The notes beneath the pieces are model-generated. The model did not search any database, was not told the DNA's origin, and was given only the letters and a program-made list of their open reading frames with translations. From assembly GCA_021432655.1 (NCBI GenBank), contig MU271360.1:1-64000 (forward strand): 64,000 nucleotides of DNA. The letters run 5' to 3'. The stretch's first letter is position 1. The number at the start of each line of letters is the position of its first letter. Source of the stretch: Atractiella rhizophila. Taxonomy: Eukaryota. Positions 24,117-36,389 of the stretch are shown one piece after another. A program made the position numbers and the translations under genes.

Positions 24117-25223
24117 TCGAGTATTGCGTTGGCTCCTGGGTCACCTCTGTCCAATAGCAGTCTATTTGATATTAGAAGCTGACTGGTCAAGACAGCGATG
24201 ACAAACCCTTACTTACACTGTGATAACAGAGAGCGTGAACGAGAGGGGGAACAGCATCGTGTCCATCTTTATCGATGATTCCCTCATTCACATCCTGATA
24301 ATTGGCGGTAACTCGCGTTTGACCGTCAATTATACAACCTGAAGAACGTAGCAAGAGTTGTCACGATCTGTTCCATGAGGTTCCATCAACTGCCATAAGA
24401 ACCAATCTTGGAACCCCCACTCGGAAATCAGTAGGGCTACAATGACAGAAATCAAGTCTAGTCTCCATAAACAAACTTTGAAGTTCTCCTAACTCGCCTT
24501 GCCAGTCAAAGCTCAATAGAAAAAAGGTCATAGGGAAGGCAGCTTGCATGGCCTGCCATTGGTGCCCTAATCAGGAAGCATTCCCACACTTCACAACTTC
24601 TCTGGCAGCTGGCAGGTTCTCGAAAGGCTTATCCAACCGTCAAGCTACTTCGGGTCTATTCGTCAACTGGAAGGTCCTTGTAGATTCGAACACGACAGTT
24701 TCTTTGACTCTGTCTCCTGCAGCATTGCCCGACAGCAGACTCACATTGGAATCATGATTCTTGTTGGGAAGGCACTTCGCGGGGGGACTTATGGTAAGTG
24801 GACTTGGTTTTCCTTCTCCCATCTGGTGATTCCGACTCGAAGTCGCTGGCAACTTGAAGACAAAACTGTTAGCATGACAACCAAATGACAACTGAGGTTC
24901 CTCAGCAAGGCAGACGGGAAGTACATTCGTCCAAATTGACAACAAGATGATTAGGCAGGGGAAACTCACATTACACACTCTTACAATCAAGGGATCTCGT
25001 TCCTCTTTTCTTTCGTTGCTTCAAGTTCGACGTATTCCTTCCAACATCGTAGTCAGAAGGGTCGCATCTATCGCCATCGCGTGTCTTACTCTAGTTCCTC
25101 AGCGAGTAGTGGTGACTTGAGACACAGCAATCCTTTGAATCCCCTCCGTTCATTTGTCTCAGGACCCTCGCTTATCTATACATACACATCGATTACGAAC
25201 AGAACTTTGCGTCTGTTCCTCCA

Positions 25224-26925
25224 TCACGAAGCATTGGTCATTCTTCTTCTGACTCTAAGAAAGCATCGCTCCATCTCTTCTTTCCCTGGCGGAACTGTCG
25301 TGAACCCTCTGCCATCTGGCTTCACTCTTGCGACGCTACCAGAAGTCGAAGGGGAAGCGACGGAGAATTCAAACTTCCGTATTAATGATGCGAGGATCAG
25401 CTTGTGCTCAAGTTTTGCAAATCGTGCACCGAGGCAGGGGTGTCTCCCTGCGTGACGCATCGCTTCACCACAGTGAAAAGGGGGAGGTATTGGACGCACC
25501 AGCTCCCCAACCTAAAAAGGCTACTTCAGGGCGACCAATGTCGAAGTCAAGCGGGTCAGGGTAGATCGATGGATCGTGGTGGCAATCGGTTGGCGCGTAG
25601 CTCTTCGATAGATTTAGGATCGTCTAGGGGAAGGAGAGAAGGAAAGGCATACAAACAGTGTCCCTTTTGGTACGTGGAAACCATCGACCTCCATATCTTC
25701 TTCCATGGTTGCTCTCGCGTGCAGCCCCGTCAAATGCAGCCGTATCGTCTCCCTCAAGCATCTGTCAAGTGTATCCAGTCCTGCTTCCCACTGTTCAAGA
25801 GTAACTTCTTCCCATTTTGTGTCTGATTCGCTTTTTAGGAGAAGCAAAACCTCTTCATGTATTTTTCGTTGGATGTCTGGATAAAGGGAGATGTAGTACA
25901 ACGACCATGGGATTAGGTATCCCGCATTCGTCTGACCTGCCATGAGGTTCCCTATTATAAAGATCATGGCTTGTGTATCGTCGTTTTCCAGCTCTAGTAT
26001 CGTCTGCAAGCCATCTAAGTGGTTCTCAGCTTCCAAAACTTTGGAAACAAGAAGCGAAGCGAAGATGCACCGTCCTCTTCCTTTCCGCTTGCACGGCGGC
26101 TTTTGATCACCTTCTGAAGCAAAAGAAAACAGCGCAGGCCGGCCCAATTCCTCTTGAGCTTCGACCAAGAGGGGAAAGAGGGCAGAATAAGGGTCCCAAA
26201 AGCGCTATCTAACATTGGTATTCTTTTGACATTTCCTCAGAGGAAGGGACAAACCCGGTGGCATCCTCGAACGTCTGGAACTGCTGAGCCAGATCCTTCA
26301 GCAAGCTATTGTCACGAGCAACCTCCACACAACCGATGAGCCGTGAGGTGAGAGCAAAGACAAGGGGGTAAAGAGCTTCGAAGGGATCTAATATGCCGCC
26401 GTGGAGTGATGAGACGAGCCCTTCGACATCTCCGAGAAGGGAGGGAAGCAGGGATTCAATCCTCTCCGGTCTGTCTCCATCATGATTAATCTCCACTGAA
26501 AGGCAGAAGTAGAATATTGCTTACCTAAGAAGGCGCAAGAAAGCTCGTTGCTGCTCCTTCTTTTTTCTCTCCCCTTCTAGACTCTGCAGGCCAACCGCAC
26601 TACCCCCGAATAGCAATGCACTATAACCTTCCTCGAATCCTAATCCTTTTTTCTCATAGAAAATTTTCCGCCCTTTTTCTCCCGTCAAGTGGACAAGGAG
26701 ACGTCCAGGTAGTCGGTAGCTGAAGATTGGGGAGGAAGTGAGGTGGATTGACTTACTGAAGAAGGTTAGAGCAGAACGATGGAAGGAGAGGGGGGACAGA
26801 GGGGAGAGTGGAGGAAGTTTTGGATCGACCCTCTGTGGGGGAGAGTTGAGGGAATAAAATGCGTAAATGCAGAGGAGGAAAATGAACAGCAGCAGGAGTT
26901 GCAGGTATGGCGAGAAGGGAATCAT
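25224..26925 (-). CDS. Cytochrome P450, ER-anchored, multi-exon
   Basis: N-terminal TM plus Pro-rich hinge; I-helix GNLMAGQTNAG; K-helix ETIR; heme loop FLGWGAG/RHPCLG (intron inside the loop). Confidence 0.93.
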
Positions 26926-27242
26926 GATGTTTTGTGCAGCTGGAGCCGATACTAAAGACCGCCATTATCACCTTTTATTGCCCGCTGCTCCCAATGTCCG
27001 TCCTAGACCAGGAGGGAAAATAATCTTCAAATTCATGCGGCTTGGAAGATAGGGGAAGATGAAGATGGAAAAGTGACCGGCTAATTTCAGGTGCAAATAT
27101 CCGCTGGTGTCCATGGGGGACGGGTGGAGGGCGTGCAATTACAACGTCTAGGCGACATAGTTGAAGTACAAGCACTATCGTTCCGTCAGCTCAATTGGAA
27201 TTGATGAGAGTGGCAGAAAATTTGGTGCTTACAGACAAGATG

Positions 27243-30197
27243 TCACTTCTTTTTGAGGACAAGCACTCCCCACAATGCAACTCGGTACACGACGGCGATG
27301 ATAACCATGATAGACCCATAAAGCCCAACTGAGATACCATCGATATCCAGGTCCTACTCGAACGAAATAGTATGATCAGTATTGTTTTGCCCCGACGGAG
27401 CAAAGAATTTTACGGACCTTCAGAACATCTTCACCCATGAGAGCACACTCTCCAGGTGTCAGTGAACTTGGAACTGATCCCATCTCCTTCATCAGTCTAC
27501 TCTTTGTCGAGGTTCAAGAAAGCGCACCGCTGCAATGACAACTTCCATCCAGCAAAGTCTGACAAGAAAATTTGACGCCTGCGTCGACACGATTTCAGCC
27601 TCATGGCATTCCATGACTAACGGGGTGTATGGACGAACCAGTAAAGTCAGATTTCACGAGGGAGTCGAAAGCGTATGTTTGGTAATCGATGAAGTGTGCC
27701 CAGTAGTACCAAAACCTTGATGGGATCCGGTCAGTATTTGCGTCCTCACCTTCTAAAGGAGAACAAGGCTACCTAGGGAGGTTGACAGCTCTGATGAAAT
27801 ATCCTTGGACACACATCCAGAAACCGTTGGCGAAACTGGCGATTGCGAGGGCGGCGACGAAGATAGGAATAGCAGAAGCCACAAGGATGCTTCATCGTGC
27901 GCGCACTGTCAGTTTCATCCGCTCTATCCTGAGATCAAAGCATACCTCTGGCTCTCGGCAACGTAGACTGCGACGAAAAGAAGTCCAAGGAAACGAAAGA
28001 ATGCTGCTGCACCGGGGTGAAGGCCGATAGACCAGTAACTACCCGTGAACCATTTACCGAAGCTATCGAGGAGAGGAGGATGATAACGAACCTAATGAGT
28101 GTGAAAAGGAGGGAACAGATGAACAAGAATGGAAGCGTGACTATCGAGTTAGCGACGACGAAAGAAGCAGCACCATAGAGACCGTTGGCTCTCCTGCCGC
28201 CAATACATTTCATCAATTACGTTCCCATTCCAAACCGAAATAGAAAGAATAGTAGACGAAAGACGCACTCGCGAATGAAGAGAGCCCTCTCTTCCAGGAA
28301 AGAAGGGATTCCAGCTACGCTCATGAAACCGAGGAAGGCGACGCTGAAGAAGTGGACTGAGAGTCGGTCATTTATCTTCGTGTCCTCCTTCGCGAGATTG
28401 ACCCATACGGTGCCGAGGAGGATGCCCATTCCGGCTACAAACCATTCGTTAGCAATGAGTCCCATTTCAGGTGAGAGGTGGGCTAGACGAATGGACACGA
28501 ACCATACATCCCAAGTCTGACACCATAGGCCAATAGATTCCTCATGTAATTCTTAAAGCTACGCTCCATCAGCACACGCACATTCTTCGCCGCCTCTCCG
28601 AAGCCCTTCCCTCCTTTGTTTCCCCTGGCTTTCCTTCCCCCCTCTCCAGCTCCCACCTCCACCTCATCTGACGCCGCAGTGCGACTACCACTGGAACGAC
28701 CTGCAGCATTGACGTTGAATCTACTGTCCGTCCACTTTCGATGCATATCTATCTTCCCTCCTTCACCTCCTTTCGTATCAGCATGTGCGCCAGCAAAATC
28801 GGTATTGACGAGTCTGAGCACCCAATCACAAGGATTAGCGTGAGGCGGCACGTTCTCTCCGATCTCTTCAAGGTAAGGAACGAGGTTATCGACGGGTCCG
28901 AAGAAGAGTTGGGACCCGTTGGAGAGGAGGAGGAGGGAGTCGAAGAGCGAAAAGGTCTCGTAGGACGGCTGGTGGATCGTGCAGAAGGTTATGATGCCCA
29001 GTTCGCGGGAGAGGGTGCGCACTGAAAGAGCACCGTTAGATAGGCTGCATAGATTGGAGAGATAGGGAGAGGGACGAAAGGAGGGACAGACGGGCAGAGA
29101 TGACTTCGTATGAGGTGGTGGAGTCCAGTCCGGATGCTATACAAGCCGATTCGTGTCTCATCAGCACACCAGCGCATGCCCCTGGAGCGAAAGGACGCAC
29201 TGGGCTCGTCAAGGATGAGGATCCTAGGTCTCTGCACGATAGCGCAAGCGATAGTGACCCTTCTTTTCTGTCCACCAGAGATTCCACGGCTTATAGGAGT
29301 TCTGACGAAAGAAGAAAAGACATTATCAATAGGCCGCAACTCCATAGAAGGAGGAGCGACTACTGACCCGATTTTGTTGTCACCCACATCCACCAACCCC
29401 ATCCCGCGCAATGTTTCCTCGACCAGTTGGTCGATCTCTGCCTTTGCCGTCCTATGTGAATTGGAGAGGATGGCGGCGTAACGAACAGTTTCGCGGACGG
29501 TGAGCACTCCAAGTCTGTTCCCATCCCACCGAGTAAGGTAAACATTTAAGCTCTGCGAGAGACATCGCCGTTGGTGCATTCTGCGTGGGTGGAATGGGAG
29601 AGGAAGATTGGGGACGTACAATGCATCGTCTTGTTCGACGTAGGTACTGAGGTGTCGCATGTCGAAGTCAGTCGAAGAGTTGTAGCGCAGCTACACGTCC
29701 CAACCATCCAATTGTAGAAGTCATTGCCCAACATGATTAGTAGAATCAATGGGTCGGAAAACCAGAGCTCGAGGAAAACGTACAACAGAGCCTGGGTCCG
29801 GAGATACCTTCTTGGATATCATGTCCAAGAAAGTAGATTTTCCAGCACCTTCCAACCATACGTCAGGACATGAATCAACAGTTGAATTCCAGGACTGGTG
29901 GGGTTTAGAAGAGGTAAGTACCTGATGGTCCGATGACTGTAACCAGTCACAAACATCAGTATGAGGCGAACGTATGTATCGCGGAGGGGTTGCACGCACT
30001 CGCGAGCATTTCGCCTGCTTTCACCCATCCCTTTTGCGGATGCAGGATTCTTTTTCCCTCCTTGGTGGTGTAAGAGAGGTCGGTCCATTCGTACAGAGAT
30101 TCAAGAGGGCCTTTCTGTCATAGGTTGCAGTCAGTTGAGCTTCCATTCGAAACGGCAGTGAGAGTAGGAAACTTACCTCAAGGTCCATCGCTGCCAT
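27243..30197 (-). CDS. ABCG (White-like) half-size ABC transporter, NBD-TMD topology, many exons
   Basis: Walker A GPSG/AGKSTFLD, YVEQDDAL, signature ISGGQKRRV, Walker B ILILDEP, TIHQPS, C-terminal TM helices ending VLVLKKK*. Confidence 0.95.
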
Positions 30198-31498
30198 TAC
30201 AACTGATTTATTATGCAGCGTGTGTGTGCTGTGAATGTGTACTTGTAAACTGGAAGAGGTATATCTGGATGTTGAGGGCTCGCAGACTTTGGTATGGATC
30301 CTTGTGAACACAAAGCTGGAGATGATATAGAAAATGCTAGAGCCTAAGTATTCCAAGGTGCTCTCAGCCGAGGCAGTTCATGATACTCAGAGCTCTGAAG
30401 TTGTTGGAATTTCCACTTGGAAGTCTGTACCCGTCTGTAACCCAAAAATTGGCCGCGCCGCTGGAGCTCAGTGCCAGCTTTGCAGCTGTAACAATACGAC
30501 TGAAAGCGTAGCATCCTCATTCACCTAAGACTCGTCCACTAGCTTGTGAATGCTGGCCTCATAAAGCAAGCGACTCTAACTTGCGAGTGAATAATAATCG
30601 CGATTCATCGCGCACCCTAGCACCCGCCCGGATGTTGTATCCGCGTCCCATCAGGTGACAGTCGCTCGCCCAAAAACGATCGACACCTGAATTACTTCAA
30701 AGCCAGAGCTCCTCATCTTCAGGTCTCTCAGTCAGGCCACTGCTCAGGAATACGGAGAGGATAATCTTACTGTCAAGAAAAATCAAAAGAAAAGAGGTCG
30801 ATTTGGATTTGGGAAGGAGAACGAGTTAGGTGAGCCTTTTCCCTTTCTCCCAAACTGGAAAGGAGTGGGAGTAAGATTGCGTCGCTTTTATTATATCTTA
30901 ATCTCTACATTATTCAAAGGAGCAGTACTAGCCATTTGTTTTTGAAGGCCATCTTCCCAGTTTTCCCATGTTTGTGCAGCAAGTGGCACCGAGAAGTGTA
31001 ACAGGTTGGGTATGAAGATATTTGCTACACACAACTAATTTCGACTCTTTTCTACGGCTGTCATGTTTTTCTCTTTGTCTTCTTTCACAGAGGGAAAAGA
31101 AGGAGCCTACTCCGAACTGAGACTCCTGAGAATATATTCTCACAGCTAAACAAGACCCTACATTCCGTCCTTCTCCTCTTCTCCCTGCCATCTTCCTTAC
31201 TCACGATGATCACGGTTTCTCGTCAGTGTTCCGTCATGATTGGATTTCTAAATACCCTCTTTCACGTTGCTCGCCTTTATTTTCTCGCAAAGGTAGTCTT
31301 TTCAAAATAGAAGCTCAATTAAGATGACATTTTTGCAGCGTATATCTAAAGTAAACAACTTGTAACTTCTAGCGACAAGTTGGCGTAGATACATTTATCC
31401 CCTTCTCTTTTTGTTTTCCCTGCATTCCAATTCCTGCAAGGACAAGGGTGCATGAATCTTAAGATGAAACTTTGCTGACAACGCGGTGCGTTCAGGGA

Positions 31499-33367
31499 AT
31501 GCGAAGGGCGGTTCAAAATGTCAGCTACCTCATCGTCAACACGAAGACCGGCTCTCGCCACAACCACACGTCGACGCAGCACCTCTTACCTGCAAACGCT
31601 CAAGGCCAAACTTCCTCGTCTAGCCCTCAAGCGTCGTTCACAATCACCTCCTTCTCCCTCGACGACGAACCCTCTGTCCCTTCGACCAAACGTCGAATGG
31701 GAAGACCTCCCGTCGACACCGAACTCCAGTCCGCCTCGTCGGAACCTTCCCCTCCCACTCCGCCGACGCCTTTCCCCCCCTGGACCGCCCCAACGCCAAA
31801 ACACAAACGGTGGTCTGGTCCTAATGACTTTCTTGTTCATCTTTCTGACCGTTTCGAACGTTCTCGTGAAAATTTTGAGGAAAGCAAAACCGAAGAGGAT
31901 TTCTGGGCTGTCGTTGAAGATTGGCAGGCGAAGAAGAGGAGCCACGCTGGGATCAGAGGCTCGATTTGGAATATTTGGAGACAGGTCCAAGCTGGGAAGG
32001 AGAGCGAGGTCACGGTCGGAAGCGACGTTGATGAGGAAACGGTCTTTCAGTTCCTTGGATTGATTCGTCAGTTCTCCGCCGACCTACCGCTCAAGCTACT
32101 TGTTCGTTTCCACACCGCTTTACCCTCCCCACCAGCCTCCAACCAATCTATCCAACGAATGCTTCAATATTCTCTCGAAGCCAACGACTCCGTATCCTTT
32201 CGCACCATACTCAAACAGGCCCAAGCCATGGGGATCGACTTAGATCGAGACAGAGAGATCCTCTTCATCCGACTTCAACACTACCTCCAGTCAGCATCTC
32301 AGCTTGCGAATCCTCCTCTCGACGAAACCATGACCAAAGTCCAAAATTTCATCAACCTTTGCGAAGCGACGAACAAAAGAGGCGCCACCTGGGATGCCGA
32401 GCTCTGGCATATCCTCGCCTCTGCTGATTGGACGATTTGGAATACCATCGAGGACCCCGAAGGGCAAACGCAACGATTAATCCCTCGTTGGCAGTATGTC
32501 GGGGCCCCCCTTCCATCTTGGAGGATGTCAGCGATCGAGGATTGGAAGTCCAGTCAACGATGGAAGGAAGATAGGGCGGAAACGTTTTGGCGCCTCTTAC
32601 TGGATGTCCGCCCGAAATCTGGAGTCACCATCTGTGTCCAGGAATTGATCAGAAGGTTGGAGTGGGATGAAGCTTGCAACATGGTCGAAACTGAACTAGA
32701 AAGCTTACGAGCGTCTGGCGCCAATAAACAACACCGACAACATTGCTTTTATACTTGGTTGACTTGCCTCCTTAAGGGTCTTCTGTATTCCTCTCATTCG
32801 AGCAACCAGATCATCGACTTCCTCAAGTACTTCTACGATACTCATTTCCCCTCGCGGCCCAATCGCCTGCGAAAATGGCCACTGCAGGCTCAAGCACTCA
32901 ATCTCGTTCTCAAATCATGCTACAATTCCGAACTTCCGCACAGCGACTCTCTAAATATCCTCTCTCAACTGTCCCAATCCTTCACCACCGTTCGCTCTCT
33001 CGATATCAATGCAGACTCCACAACGTCTACACACCATTCCGAGGATATGCTCTACACGCTATCACCTCAATGTGCACGTCTACTGCTCGATTATGGAATG
33101 CGCGAGATTCAAGCTCGTGCAACTTCTTCACCCTCCGATGCTGAAAGGCTCCACTCAGATGTTCAAAATTGGTGGCGAGAATGGCAACTGCTTTTGCGAC
33201 CGTCGCGACAACGACCTGAGACCCAAGAGGAGAAGGATTGGCACGCATTGGAACGTGCAAAGAACCGATTGGAACAAGGAAAGAAGGGAAAGCTATTTGC
33301 TGGTTCTACAGTTCGGGACTTGTGGCGCAAATCGTTCATGAACGCCCGAAGGCTCGGTGTTGTGTGA
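31499..33367 (+). CDS. Hypothetical intronless ~620-aa protein, helical; basic N-terminus could be a mitochondrial presequence
   Basis: Long uninterrupted ORF (ATG 31499, MRRAVQNVSYL...). No family recognised. Confidence 0.7.
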   Translation: MRRAVQNVSYLIVNTKTGSRHNHTSTQHLLPANAQGQTSSSSPQASFTITSFSLDDEPSVPSTKRRMGRPPVDTELQSASSEPSPPTPPTPFPPWTAPTPKHKRWSGPNDFLVHLSDRFERSRENFEESKTEEDFWAVVEDWQAKKRSHAGIRGSIWNIWRQVQAGKESEVTVGSDVDEETVFQFLGLIRQFSADLPLKLLVRFHTALPSPPASNQSIQRMLQYSLEANDSVSFRTILKQAQAMGIDLDRDREILFIRLQHYLQSASQLANPPLDETMTKVQNFINLCEATNKRGATWDAELWHILASADWTIWNTIEDPEGQTQRLIPRWQYVGAPLPSWRMSAIEDWKSSQRWKEDRAETFWRLLLDVRPKSGVTICVQELIRRLEWDEACNMVETELESLRASGANKQHRQHCFYTWLTCLLKGLLYSSHSSNQIIDFLKYFYDTHFPSRPNRLRKWPLQAQALNLVLKSCYNSELPHSDSLNILSQLSQSFTTVRSLDINADSTTSTHHSEDMLYTLSPQCARLLLDYGMREIQARATSSPSDAERLHSDVQNWWREWQLLLRPSRQRPETQEEKDWHALERAKNRLEQGKKGKLFAGSTVRDLWRKSFMNARRLGVV

Positions 33368-33662
33368 TTGATCTGCGAAGGGCGTGCATTTGTGTTAGCA
33401 CTTCCCTGAGCATGGAGTGGATTGCCTTCTTGATACATCGGTTGGATTGTTTTGTTGATTTGGGTATTTTAGTTGACATCTTATTTGGCAGACATTCGTT
33501 GGATGGAGCATTTAGCAGTAATCAGTACACATCATGTTGTACCACTAGAAGAAATGACAACAGCTCCTCACACATTCACCACCATCCGTGAAATTTTTGA
33601 CAAATATCTTGAAGTCCTACTGAGAAATGGTCGAATCAAAGGTCGAATCGTAAAACCTGCCT

Positions 33663-36389
33663 TTAAACCACGGCAACATACATCCGCCAGAAATCTTCAT
33701 TAACTTCCATTTCCTTCATTCGTCCTTGTGGTATCGCCCCGATCCAGCCTTCAAGATCTACAGTGATCACAGCGCCATGCAATCGTTTCTCTTCTTGGAT
33801 GAACGCTCGATCTACCTCCAATCCGTCGACCAAAAGGCGGAGCGCTCTATTCTCGATAGGTGAACCGTCCACGTTGGAAACCCAGAACAACACCTGTCCA
33901 AGAAAGTCGAGATCAACGGCAATGCAATCAGTATCTGCTTCAGTCTCATCTGCTTCCTCTCCTATAGTCGATGCTGTCCCGTTAGCCATGTCAGTCGCTG
34001 AATTGGTCACAAGCGCTTCGGCGGCTTCTTGATGCAGAAGTGGGGTTCGCTCTGTTCGGTTTGTCTGCTCTTGGGATGGTTGGTCCGAGTGGAGTCGCGG
34101 AGCTCTCCAAGCTTTGAGCAGAACTGACAGAAAAGTGAAGAGAAATCTGAGCCACGAGGCAACAGCTCCTAAAACCGCAGGACTTCGTGAAGTGCTACCC
34201 GGTATCAATGCCTGAGAGGACGAGCGAGAGAGAGGTTCTGCTCCCCTTTTTGAAGCCGTTTCGATTTCTGCATCGCGTCCGTTAGGTTGCAGAGGATATA
34301 ACCCATTCACTCTCTCGTGAGATTTTGGAGAGGGTTTGTGGAATGGGGTAGTGGTGCGAAACGTTCCACTAACTGCTCTCCCGCCAACAAACTTGTGCTT
34401 CAGCCCTAGGCAAGCGACATTTATCCCGTTTAGCTCCCAAGCCATCGCTACGCTCGCGATCTCCCAGTCACCTTCTGTCAGTCGAAGATCGGTCGCTCCG
34501 CCTTCTGGGTCTCCGCCTTCCTCCAGGAACACCCAATCATCACGATTCGCCAAGTACGCAACCGCAGCCCCTCTACCTTTCCACAAGGTCTCCCTCGTGA
34601 CCACCATTTGAGACTCCTTTCCGTCCTTTCGCACATTCCAGAATCCGACAAGATCAACATCTTCACCTCCACGGAAAACGAGAACTCCGCCTCCTTCTCC
34701 ACCATGGATATCAAGCAGCAATCTGCGATCCGGTATCTTTCCTGGTTCCTTGAGTTGCACGACCTTTCGCCCGTGTTTTGACTGTGCAATCAATTGGCGG
34801 AAGACGCCCGCATCACTCTTCCCAATCTCGTCCGCGATCCATACTGGCGCTGGTGAGAATACGCGGAAAGAAGCGTGATAGTGCGCCCACGGATGGAGAG
34901 ACTGAAACATGTCAAAATCGGGTTGAAAACAGAGTGGTATGGAAAGCAATGAGACATAAGCGTTGCAGTGAATATGCCAAGGATGCGCAGCTGGTATCGA
35001 TGGCATGTAATCGTCCGAAGTTCGAACGATAGCAGAGCCGATGTCCAAGCGGGTGAGGCGAGAGAACACCAAGGAGGAATGCGGCATGCTATGAAGAATT
35101 GACCCGGGAAAGTAGTCATTTGCAGCGTCCAGGAGTTCCCGGAGAAAGAAGTCTCCAGCTGCAAAGGATAATAACTGGTCGACACTTGCGAGATTATCAA
35201 TTTTGAGAAAAGTAATTCCCGAATCCTTTAGAAAGCCAAACCAGCGATTCCAGAATCCCTTCATGGCCTTCTCGTTCGGGAGAGAGATCCTCTGACCCTG
35301 CTGACTGCGATGCTCAACCAATTCGAACTCCCAACTCGCTGTCTCGTCCAAACCTCCCCAATATCCCAATGCGTTGATCCAAACACCGACCTTCTCCACT
35401 CCCAGAGCCTTTAAATCCTCGACCAATCGTTTCATTGATCCCCATCCACTTCCAGTGTCGTAAGACTTCAGCTTACCGACATCGCCTCCAACAGGATGTC
35501 GAGTAGTAGTATCCCCCCATCCATCATCAAGAAGCACCTGCGTAGGAAGCATAGGCAAGGATTTGACAGCCTTCAAGACGTCTTGGGAAGTATAATCAGC
35601 TCCGAGAGAGTTCCAAGTGCAGTAGTTGAGGCCGTGCAGCTCTCGATCGAAAGCAGCACCTGGAATGACTTCCTCTAAGATGGCATTCCAATCCGTGTTT
35701 GAAGTTTTAAGGAGGAAGATCGTGGCTTGGGAATTGGTCTCGGGTAACAACCGGAAGGAGAAAATAGCGGCTGGTGGATGGGGGAATATAAGGATACTTT
35801 TGGTTTTTGAAGGAGACGACAACAGGACCAGAGAAATTTCTTGTCCACTCTGTCGCAGTCGATCTAGAGGTGAGGCGGAAACATGGACAGGCTCATACCA
35901 TGTCGGTCTATCGCCACTATTTCTTAGTTACCAGACAGAAATCGGAGAGGGGATTCACTACTTTCGTCTCTCGAGGAACAACCCTATCTCCATTTCACCA
36001 AGCTCAGGCACGAGCTCCTCCAGTCCTACGTCGCCCTTCCACATCCTCGTCTCGATTTCCTTATACTCGTCTTCCTCCGGCGCCCTAATAACTCGGCCAT
36101 TCCCCCCTTCGTTTCCAAGCCACCTTACTTCTTCGCCACGGCGTAATCTATAGGTGAACTCCCCTTGCGACACTCCTTCTCCCATTTCCAATGATGCTTC
36201 CCACCACCGTCCGTCTCTTTGTCGAGTGTACGGGACGGCGTGCCATTCTCCTAAAGGGAGAGAGGTCCATAGTTCCGGCTCGAACCCGTCTGGTTCGTTG
36301 CTCAAAGCATAAAAGCGAACTTTCCCGTCAGGACGAGAGATGCAGAGGGGGCGACGTGGTGGAAGTGACGGTTCGAAGATGAATGACAT
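33663..36389 (-). CDS. Glycoside hydrolase family 36 (raffinose synthase/Sip1-like alpha-galactosidase)
   Basis: YCTWNSLG, LLDDGW, GVWINALGYWGG, FLKIDN (nucleophile Asp region), RTSDDY (acid/base region), PDFDMFQS. One intron near 35909-35961. Confidence 0.92.

Noticed and set aside
24360..24990. Short ORFs between patatin and P450 (similar debris at 53470-53630 and 58600-59400)
   Set aside because: No coherent exon chain or motif; at most unassignable pseudogene fragments.
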